Positions 35,064 to 42,286 of a stretch of DNA of 64,000 bases are shown in pieces. Both the position numbers and the translations under genes were made by a program. The notes under the pieces are model-generated. The model saw nothing but the letters and a program-made list of their open reading frames with translations. It made no database searches and had not been told where the DNA came from. Numbering within the stretch: position 1 is the stretch's first letter; each line of letters begins with the position of its first letter. Location of the stretch: IMG/VR virus record IMGVR_UViG_3300045771_000049, positions 88,148-152,147 of that record; one strand, given 5' to 3'. Source of the stretch: a virus (Duplodnaviria; Caudoviricetes).

Positions 35064-36398
35064 TCAATCCTGCTTACGGCTGTGGTAGAGCCACAACATC
35101 TTGTACAACTGGTCTGCGTTCAAATCGGCGATCAGATCGCGCAGTTTCTGCGACGGCTCATTCGGATGGTGGATACGGGCGAGTGCCAGCATCGCGGCTT
35201 GGGCCTTCGGTCGAGAATAGGTAGCTTTGAGCTTGGCGATACCGGCCGCCTCCGTGCCGGGGACGCCCGCAACGGCACGGTCACCATGGACCGTCTCATC
35301 CCAGGGCTGCAAATAATTCGGATCACCCTTGGTATCCACCACCTGCACCTGAGTGATAAAACTCTTTGCGTTGGTGATTTTGTTCGTTTTACTGGTAACG
35401 ACCCATTCCCATTCGTAGTTGTCGCCCAGTGTGCCGTATTCATCGTCATCATCATGTGGTGTGACGGTGTGGGATGCGGCCAGTTTGTGCCCATCTAACG
35501 TGAGGACCACGCCCCATCGGCCGCCCTGGGATGACATTCTGGCAAACCGAATCGCGACACTTTCATCTTCGGTGGTACTAAACCCGAGATTGCCTTGATC
35601 GTAGCTGTCGATGTCGAAGGTGTTGCTGGCGCGCATGTCCAGATACTGTTGGAGACCCGTGCCGTGATACAGCGTCTCGGGCACGCCGTTATGGCCGTGT
35701 CGCAAGGTCTCGCCCAGAATGTCAGTATGTGAGTTCACTCTGCCGTCGAGCAGCTTATCGCTAGACGTTTTTGATGGATCGAAGCTGGCGTGTCGGGTGC
35801 GGATATTGTTTGGATGAAACACCACGTAGCTGTCGCCTTTGCCTTCGACACGATTGCCATAAACCAAACCGTCATAGCCTTGTCGCTCGGCGCTGGCTTG
35901 GATCGCGCGCCAAAAATCTGCGGCACTGGCTGTGAACTTGGCTTGTTGTTCGCTCTTAGACTTGTTCAGAGCGCCCCATTCACCACCCGCTGCGCGTCGC
36001 AATCGATCTGTTTGTTTCGCCAAGTCGAAAATACGATCATGATCCTCGTTATTCGGATCAAAACCTTTAGTGTTCAAACACCAAATCTTGGCGCGGTTCA
36101 TATAGGTCGTTCGCAACGTAGAAAACATATCATAGACACGCAGGGGGTTATGCAGACGCAGTTTGACGGGAATAATATTTGCGCCCGGCTGATACTCCGC
36201 ATTGTCAGGCGAACGAAATATTGGTCTTATGACTTTATCAGCCTGTTGAAGAGTCCCGAAATGCATCCCGATATCGCCAGTTCGGCGCGGATCGAACGCG
36301 TCAAAAGCAGCGGTCGTGCCGTGGTAGGCATCGATGTTGAAGCCTCGATCATCGGCGTCTTCCACCAGCCGTATCCATCGTCTCAGGGCATTTTCCAT
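35064..36398 (-). CDS. tandem ADP-ribosyltransferase-fold protein, putative internal head protein
   Basis: Domain 1: AYHGT..FD..GMHFGT..GYDG..SYVVF. Domain 2: LYHGT..GFSTT..AIRFA..EWE. N-terminus MENALRRWIRLVE; TAAATA at 36408-36403. Confidence 0.7.
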   Translation of the reverse strand: MENALRRWIRLVEDADDRGFNIDAYHGTTAAFDAFDPRRTGDIGMHFGTLQQADKVIRPIFRSPDNAEYQPGANIIPVKLRLHNPLRVYDMFSTLRTTYMNRAKIWCLNTKGFDPNNEDHDRIFDLAKQTDRLRRAAGGEWGALNKSKSEQQAKFTASAADFWRAIQASAERQGYDGLVYGNRVEGKGDSYVVFHPNNIRTRHASFDPSKTSSDKLLDGRVNSHTDILGETLRHGHNGVPETLYHGTGLQQYLDMRASNTFDIDSYDQGNLGFSTTEDESVAIRFARMSSQGGRWGVVLTLDGHKLAASHTVTPHDDDDEYGTLGDNYEWEWVVTSKTNKITNAKSFITQVQVVDTKGDPNYLQPWDETVHGDRAVAGVPGTEAAGIAKLKATYSRPKAQAAMLALARIHHPNEPSQKLRDLIADLNADQLYKMLWLYHSRKQD

Positions 36399-36624
36399 GT
36401 GATATTTATGGCATACGCCTGACTAGGTGCTAACCCATTAACATTCACCCGTCAATCCTGCGACTGACGGGTGATGCCGGATGGACGCCCACAGAACCGT
36501 CTCCTACACGCCCACATCGCCAATCACTGTAGGCAGTTGGTTATTGGTCGTGTAATCGTAGTCTGACTACGATGGGCGGGCTTTGTCCAAACCTTTTCGC
36601 TCACTATTGCGATAGATAGCGATT

Positions 36625-36729
36625 ATGCGCTACGCTGAACTTCTCATGGAAACCACGGTCCGGCTCACCGATCTGTACGATGAGCGAGACAAGTATATTG
36701 ATCTCGCGGAGTATTCCGATGACGCATAG
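36625..36729 (+). CDS. minigene with capsid-targeting-like start (MRYAELLME...)
   Basis: 34-aa ORF overlapping the start of the next gene. Confidence 0.4.
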   Translation: MRYAELLMETTVRLTDLYDERDKYIDLAEYSDDA

Positions 36730-37252
36730 TCTTCGGCGTTGGATGAGGTTGATCGAAGGCGATGCCACGGGATTGCTGTTTCATTCTACGACCGTCGATG
36801 CCGCGCTCAGGATCATCGCCAGTGGCACGATCAGGGGCACGCCGACCCATGTGGGCCATGAGTCGGGGGTCAGTCTGACGCGCAGCTTCAATTTCGCGCA
36901 ATACTGGCGCGACGGCATCATGTTTGTGTTGGATACTGACAAGCTGAAATCCGAAAATCATCTGGTGCCGATCCAGTGGCGTCCGCATCACGGTGAGGCT
37001 AATCCAGGCGACGAGCAGGAGACCTTCGCCTATGGTTCGATCGCACTGGCCGACACGTTGGTCAGCATCAATATCGGTAACCCATTTAAGATCGAGCCGT
37101 CGAAATGGGAGACACCCGAACGAGTGGCGCAATGGAAAACCAAGCTGGCCCCGCTGCTGACACATCCGAAACTAAACGCGTGGCAGCCAGTGGTTTCAGT
37201 TCCGAAGCCGAGGCGCAGGCGGACACTGCCATCAAAAGGAGCTTCGTTATGA
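36719..37252 (+). CDS. ADP-ribosyltransferase-fold protein, putative internal head protein
   Basis: LFHST..GVSLTRS..FA..DEQE; N-terminus MTHSLRRWMRLIE. Confidence 0.65.
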   Translation: MTHSLRRWMRLIEGDATGLLFHSTTVDAALRIIASGTIRGTPTHVGHESGVSLTRSFNFAQYWRDGIMFVLDTDKLKSENHLVPIQWRPHHGEANPGDEQETFAYGSIALADTLVSINIGNPFKIEPSKWETPERVAQWKTKLAPLLTHPKLNAWQPVVSVPKPRRRRTLPSKGASL

Positions 37253-37470
37253 TTCAGCAATTCGATTATCTGCCCGGTCCGTGCCTACGATCCAGCCATT
37301 GCTGCAAGACGACTGCCTGCCGATTTGGCGAGTGGGACGCCGCCAAACATCAATGTCGATTCCTCGAAGTGAGCGAATCGAGGCGCTGCCTTAATCGTAC
37401 GGTGCCGCACTCAATCCCGCTTTTGGTCGCGGCTGTTGTCACCAGAACTCGCTGTTTCAGCGGATGCTGA
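37249..37470 (+). pseudogene. Cys-rich (CxxxxxCC, YkgJ-like) metal-binding protein, possibly disrupted
   Basis: PCLRSSHCCKTTACRFG..CRFL; an NPAFGRGCC segment appears in another frame. Confidence 0.4.
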
Positions 37471-37614
37471 AATGACTACTTCGGGTGAACTAAATATCGC
37501 TCTCATGCGCTATCATCTAATGATGTTCGAGATCAGCACCGATCTGCTCGATTAGGTTACGATCGAAACGAAGTCATGTGGGTATCTGCACACTCAAGTT
37601 TGTCGGAACCATGT

Positions 37615-38136
37615 TCATCGTCTTGACCACAGAACGGATGACCACGCTCCGATATCCACGCTGGCAAAGGGTGTCGCCGCGAACAAGTCCACCTGGAACT
37701 GGGACGACTGACTGATGGGATCGATGAGCGCGTCGGATGCGACTGGATCAGGGGTATCATCACCAAAGTCATGGTATAAGCGATCGAACAAAATGTGCTG
37801 CTGGTATGCCTGGGTCAGACCATCATCGCCGCCGCGAATGTAGAGCGGCAGAGGAACCGTGCCGATAAATTCATTGTCGTTCATCGGCAGAAGCCAGCCG
37901 GTTTGCTGGACGAACATGTAGGTATCGGCCAGCCGGGCGCGCAACCGCGTCATGATCATACGCGGCACGTAGCGGCCGAATGGGACGAAAAGGTGAATTT
38001 GCATATTCGATGTGACCATGGACCATGCTGATGAGCCTGGGGTCGCCGAATGATAAATCGGATCGAAGCTGATCGTCATGGTTTCTCGGGTCTCGGCGGC
38101 CAAATTTGCCACGCTGCTGATGACGATCATGTGCAC
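37615..38136 (-). CDS. hypothetical protein
   Basis: 173-aa ORF behind a TAAATA motif. Confidence 0.55.
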   Translation of the reverse strand: MHMIVISSVANLAAETRETMTISFDPIYHSATPGSSAWSMVTSNMQIHLFVPFGRYVPRMIMTRLRARLADTYMFVQQTGWLLPMNDNEFIGTVPLPLYIRGGDDGLTQAYQQHILFDRLYHDFGDDTPDPVASDALIDPISQSSQFQVDLFAATPFASVDIGAWSSVLWSRR

Positions 38137-38138
38137 TA

Positions 38139-38172
38139 TCCGCTAAATATCAGAGTTCTGATATTTAGCGGA
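38139..38172. repeat. perfect palindrome containing two opposed TAAATA motifs
   Basis: TCCGCTAAATATCAGA-GT-TCTGATATTTAGCGGA. Confidence 0.85.
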
Positions 38173-38218
38173 AGCCAACGGGTCTTTACGGCGTAGAAGT
38201 CGTCTGCGCCGTCATGGT

Positions 38219-38998
38219 TCACCAATGCATCGCTTCGAGCGCCATCACCACCTTTTGCACATCCGCTGCATAGAACCCGGCATGACTGAGGCAGCCGATC
38301 TCGACGATGCCAATGTCATCGCCTGCGACGTAAGTATCCAACACGAACGCCCTGGCGGGTTGCCACAGGGCGGCCATGCGACCGGCGAAATCGACAATGT
38401 AGGGATCGACGATATCGCTCTGGTTCGCTTGCCCGTTCAGCTTATAGTGACTGCTCGAAATGACGGCCTGATCGACAATAAAATGGCGATGCTCCTGGCC
38501 TGTCGATCGAACCGGGCCGTAGAGAATTCTGGTTTCCGCCAAGGTTCCCTGGCGGTGGAGGATATCCGCTTGCCAGACCCGAAAATCGGCGCGGGTGGAA
38601 ACGCGTCCGGTAAAGCTCTTGTCGTCGAGCGATGGTCGGATGAAGAATTTGTCAAGCTCGGGATCAGCCTCGGCGATGGTGGTGAAGGTGATATCTTGAT
38701 TGAGCAGGTAATCCCGTAAATGTGGGTGCCAGACTTCGTAGGAGAAGGCATGGTTCAACAGGCTGCCGGGTGTCCAGCCGCGCTGCATTGCGATGTGTGA
38801 GAGCATGATAGACCCATTTGTGATGATCGGTCCCGCGTGAGTCACTTCAGGGATGAGTTCGTATGTGCCGCTCACCCGCACAATTTGATGCGGGATAGCA
38901 AATCGCCGCAAAGTTTCGAGCAAGGCCAGTCGTTCGTTTTGTTGGAACAGGTCTTCTTGGACGACCCAAAACATCTCGCTATCTGCCTCCGCCATCAT
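38219..38998 (-). CDS. ATP-grasp domain protein (R2K-like)
   Basis: FFIRP..DKSFTG, EHRHFIVD, FVLD, IVEIG..AGFY. Confidence 0.75.
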   Translation of the reverse strand: MMAEADSEMFWVVQEDLFQQNERLALLETLRRFAIPHQIVRVSGTYELIPEVTHAGPIITNGSIMLSHIAMQRGWTPGSLLNHAFSYEVWHPHLRDYLLNQDITFTTIAEADPELDKFFIRPSLDDKSFTGRVSTRADFRVWQADILHRQGTLAETRILYGPVRSTGQEHRHFIVDQAVISSSHYKLNGQANQSDIVDPYIVDFAGRMAALWQPARAFVLDTYVAGDDIGIVEIGCLSHAGFYAADVQKVVMALEAMHW

Positions 38999-39324
38999 TT
39001 GTGTTCACGTTTGTTGCGCTTTAGTCTGCGCCGATCCGGGCGCGGTCGCCGGTCAAGGCTGCGCACCACCTCGGCCATGATATACATCTGCTCCTTGAAT
39101 ACCGGATGGGCCGAAAAACATGCCTCCTGTTCTCCGGCGCGCGGTTTGCGTAACCTCAGATCAAATTCATACACCAGAAATTGGGAACAGCCGATACAGA
39201 CCGTCCAATCACCCGGCTCTGGACCCCGGTTATCGGTGATGTTGGACGCCACATCAAGCAGCTTGTCGCAGTAGGGACAGCGACTTTTTGGCATCCGAAA
39301 TTCATCGTCGCGGAGCTTCGGCAT
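38995..39324 (-). CDS. zinc-finger protein
   Basis: CPYC...PEPGD..VCIGC. Confidence 0.65.
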   Translation of the reverse strand: MPKLRDDEFRMPKSRCPYCDKLLDVASNITDNRGPEPGDWTVCIGCSQFLVYEFDLRLRKPRAGEQEACFSAHPVFKEQMYIMAEVVRSLDRRPRPDRRRLKRNKREHK

Positions 39325-39370
39325 CGGTACCTAACACATTCATGGCCAATTAAACCGCATTTGCAGAGTG

Positions 39371-39725
39371 TGCAAGGTGTGCTTTTCGGCCAAAGTCTCT
39401 AAGGGCTGTAATGGTCGTCTCAGGATAACTGCCACTGTTCACAATGTCTCCCAATCAAACCCCCCATTCCTCCTGGTTGTGGGGGCAAAACCATTACTTA
39501 CTACTCACCCGGTTCGAACGTCACAGTCTGTGCTGGAGGAACGTCCTCGGTCACCCGATTCAGAAGGCCAGCTTACCGTTCCACGCCGCCGTAGCTTCCA
39601 TATCCCTGCGGCTCTACGCCCGTTTCAACAGCAGCATCCACGGGACCACTTGATTCGGCTCGCGACACCGTTTCCGCCGCTCGACACTCTTTAAAGGATG
39701 AGATTCTACCCCCACCTTCCTTGCA
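39371..39725 (-). ncRNA. putative large structured ncRNA (GOLLD/ROOL-like context)
   Basis: No credible ORF; closing helix TGCAAGG/CCTTGCA, long-range GTAATGGT/ACCATTAC, GNRA-capped hairpins (GTGA, GAAA, GGAA) on the minus strand; adjacent to a tRNA cluster. Confidence 0.55.
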
Positions 39726-39774
39726 GGCCGCTGTATGACCGATCAGCGCGCCGCGAGTCAACGATAATTTCCTA

Positions 39775-39804
39775 TTGACGTTGTTTGAGTGCATGTCTTA
39801 TACA
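39775..39804 (+). promoter_or_regulatory. sigma70-like promoter for the leader/tRNA operon
   Basis: TTGACG-18 nt-TATACA; predicted start falls at about the leader ATG (leaderless). Confidence 0.6.
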
Positions 39805-39811
39805 TATCGCT

Positions 39812-39868
39812 ATGAGCAACACACCCACCACGACCCGGCGCGACGAACGCGATACAACCACGCGGTGA
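39812..39868 (+). CDS. putative attenuation leader peptide MSNTPTTTRRDERDTTTR
   Basis: 14 of 18 codons are Thr/Arg/Asp/Glu, matching the downstream tRNAs. Confidence 0.7.
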   Translation: MSNTPTTTRRDERDTTTR

Positions 39869-39929
39869 CCGCTCATGCGCGGTCGCCAGACAGGGCGGCT
39901 GCGGTGTTAATCTCCTTTCGGAACACCCA

Positions 39930-39954
39930 GGTCGCCAATTTGGCGGCCTTTTTT
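39930..39954 (+). terminator. attenuator terminator upstream of the tRNA cluster
   Basis: GGTCGCCA-ATT-TGGCGGCC followed by TTTTTT. Confidence 0.8.
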
Positions 39955-39993
39955 GTGTTTTGGAGACCAGCCTATGCATTGATCCCTTCGTCT

Positions 39994-40067
39994 GCTCGCA
40001 TCTTCCAATGGTAGGAAACCAGATTGTCGATCTGTGAACGCGGGTTCGATTCCCGCTGTGAGCGCCA
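39994..40067 (+). tRNA. tRNA-Asp(GTC)
   Basis: GCTCGCA/TGTGAGC-G-CCA; CAGA-TT-GTC-GA-TCTG; GGTTCGATT. Confidence 0.93.
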
Positions 40068-40069
40068 AC

Positions 40070-40146
40070 GGCGCATTCGTCTAGTGGTCCAGGATTTCCG
40101 GACTTTCAATCCGGAGACGACAGTTCAAATCTGTCATGCGCCGCCA
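40070..40146 (+). tRNA. tRNA-Glu(TTC)
   Basis: GGCGCAT/ATGCGCC-G-CCA; CCGGA-CT-TTC-AA-TCCGG. Confidence 0.93.
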
Positions 40147-40166
40147 CATGTCTATCGCTCTACTAC

Positions 40167-40240
40167 GACGCTGTCGTCTAACGGTAGGATTTTTGATTCT
40201 CAGTCAACCGATCGGGGTTCGATTCCCCGCAGCGTCACCA
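40167..40240 (+). tRNA. tRNA-Glu(CTC)
   Basis: GACGCTG/CAGCGTC-A-CCA; TTGA-TT-CTC-AG-TCAA. Confidence 0.88.
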
Positions 40241-40241
40241 C

Positions 40242-40321
40242 GGACCCGTATGCCCTCGCGCTTCGAACGCGTTGAAAGGCTAACTGGATACATGCAGGTT
40301 CGATCCCTGTCGGGTCCGCCA
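40242..40321 (+). ncRNA. atypical tRNA-like RNA (TCG/Arg-like anticodon, no canonical D-arm)
   Basis: GGACCCG/CGGGTCC-G-CCA acceptor and GCAGG-TTCGATC-CCTGT T-arm; CGCG-CTTCGAA-CGCG arm only 8 nt after the acceptor; D-loop-like TAACTGGATA placed 3' of it. Confidence 0.7.
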
Positions 40322-40337
40322 AAATCAATTAAACCCT

Positions 40338-40419
40338 GCCGGGTTGGCCCAGAGGCGACGGCAGCAGATTTGTAATCTGCGATACAACATCGGGGGTTCG
40401 AGTCCCTCACCCGGCACCA
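40338..40419 (+). tRNA. tRNA-Thr(TGT) with enlarged variable region
   Basis: GCCGGGT/ACCCGGC-A-CCA; GCAGA-TT-TGT-AA-TCTGC; variable region GATACAACATC. Confidence 0.88.
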
Positions 40420-40548
40420 CTGACCCATTATTCGCCCATTGCAGGCGATAATGGTCAATAAATGGGTCATCCCTAAGCCAAACCGGATACGCGTAAATAC
40501 CTCGGCGGCGGCAACGAATGAGCGTTTCGCCCGGATGGCGAAGCGCGC

Positions 40549-42201
40549 ATGAATCTGATAACTCTCTTCGAAATGGACTGGTACGATAAGACGCCCTTGG
40601 TGGCGGTCCTGAAGGCCAACAGAGGGCGCTGGATACATTTCAGCCAGGGCGCTCCCAACCGTGATTACGCAAAAGCCACGCTGCTGCCAGACCCCGTTAA
40701 GCCCAGCGATGGGTGGAACGTTAAAGCGAACAAGCAGTATCAGCGTGACCTGTTAAAGGTGCAGCGGCAAAACGCGATCGCCAAAGTTCCCAAGATCGGC
40801 ATCAACCCTAAATCGTTTTGGAAAGACCCCAAGGGTGTTTACTTCTATCCCTGCGATTGGCTCCTGGGTGGCGCCGAGCGCATCCGCATCGCCCAACAGC
40901 ACGGTCTGGACTACCCGAACTATTATCTGGCCGACCTTAATCTGAATGATCCAGCCGGAGTCAATCTTGGCACAGTCACCTGGGATCAGGTCACCGAAAT
41001 CGCCCGGCGCAATGGCTGGCTCGACATCATGGTGGCATTCCGAAGCCAGCCGCTAAGCTATCAGAAAACTGAATTGGGGTCCTATTCGCGCCCCGAGACC
41101 CCAGGCTCGTTCTTTTGGCATTTCGTCGATCGAGAGGTCAAAGGCGGTCGGATGTCGTGGCTCAAAGCCTATTACGGCGTGAGCTTCGTGCGCGATCCGA
41201 ACCTGTCGATCATTCACAGCAATGAACCTGATCAGGTTTTGGTGATCAATCCGAAGATCATCAAAAATGTGACGCTGGCCACGAACCAGCCGGTTGGCTT
41301 CCAGAACCGGGAGAAGATGGAGCACTGGATGTTCGCCTTGATGACGGTCATCAAGGCGGTCCGGGGGGACTATGGCGGCACTCTGATATGGGAAAAGAAG
41401 AAGCCCAAACTCTCCTTCGAGAAGGGAATGGGGAAATTTAATTTAACGATCGCCGCTAGTAGTTACAGCGCCTCAGGCATGGAGCCCGGCCTGACGATGA
41501 CCTACACGTACGGACGGGCTGAAAATTCGATGTCGGTTGGCCGCAAAGACCTCGAAACCAAGACCTCTGAACAGATCGTCGATCTGCTGAAATCGAAGGT
41601 GGACTTCATATCGCGGCTGCGAACAGACTTGCTCTTTAAGCCGGTGATGACCATCGCTGATGGTAAAGTTTATATGAAAAATCGGCTCAGCAATCTGTCT
41701 GACTTAGAGATCACCGAGACGATCCACAACTCCGAAGGCCCGGATAAGAAATGGTCCAGTGTCTCGATGTATGGAAAATTGGTGCATGAAGTTGAAGGCC
41801 TATCCGTGGAAACCACTATATACACCAGACTTTACGCTGATCGCATGTCGATGAGCGTCAAAGCCAAACTTGGTTTAGCGGACTTGATTTACGCATCACC
41901 CCAGGGCGATACACCAACACTCGATGACGTGGCCAACGCCGCGATCACCAATTTTGATACGATGTTCGAACGCTACGCCCCAGCCCGGCAAGCCTCTAAA
42001 TATCGTTCCAATGCGTTATTTCCATCCGATGAAGACCAATTTGCCTGTGCTGGATGGATCATTAAAAATTGTGGGATAAATCTAGATGGTGCTTTAGAGC
42101 GGCATTACCACAAACAGATCGCCGCGTTCGAAGCAAAATCAGAGCGCGAACAGGCCGACCTCATCAGAGAAATGCGCTGGGTCCTGACCAGCCGCTATTG
42201 A
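40549..42201 (+). CDS. putative internal head protein with ART-like N-terminal region
   Basis: Starts MNLITLFE; WIHFS..IGINPKS..PKGVYFYP..IIHSNEPDQ; TAAATA at 40494-40499. Confidence 0.6.
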   Translation: MNLITLFEMDWYDKTPLVAVLKANRGRWIHFSQGAPNRDYAKATLLPDPVKPSDGWNVKANKQYQRDLLKVQRQNAIAKVPKIGINPKSFWKDPKGVYFYPCDWLLGGAERIRIAQQHGLDYPNYYLADLNLNDPAGVNLGTVTWDQVTEIARRNGWLDIMVAFRSQPLSYQKTELGSYSRPETPGSFFWHFVDREVKGGRMSWLKAYYGVSFVRDPNLSIIHSNEPDQVLVINPKIIKNVTLATNQPVGFQNREKMEHWMFALMTVIKAVRGDYGGTLIWEKKKPKLSFEKGMGKFNLTIAASSYSASGMEPGLTMTYTYGRAENSMSVGRKDLETKTSEQIVDLLKSKVDFISRLRTDLLFKPVMTIADGKVYMKNRLSNLSDLEITETIHNSEGPDKKWSSVSMYGKLVHEVEGLSVETTIYTRLYADRMSMSVKAKLGLADLIYASPQGDTPTLDDVANAAITNFDTMFERYAPARQASKYRSNALFPSDEDQFACAGWIIKNCGINLDGALERHYHKQIAAFEAKSEREQADLIREMRWVLTSRY

Positions 42202-42286
42202 CACCGGTCCGTCACCGGTATGTTGCAGATGACCGGATGACATACCCACGGGCTGAAGCCCCCGTGGGTATCCATAGGTGCGATTA

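Noticed and set aside
36446-36475. Hairpin TCACCCGTCA/TGACGGGTGA as an ncRNA
   Set aside because: An isolated stem without U-tract or further supporting structure; not enough to call
40338-40419. Calling this tRNA-Tyr(GTA)
   Set aside because: The 7-nt loop TTTGTAA centres on TGT, and the G1-C72/C2-G71 acceptor fits Thr
40024-40638. ORFs overlapping the tRNA cluster
   Set aside because: They are translations of tRNA sequence with no independent coding signals
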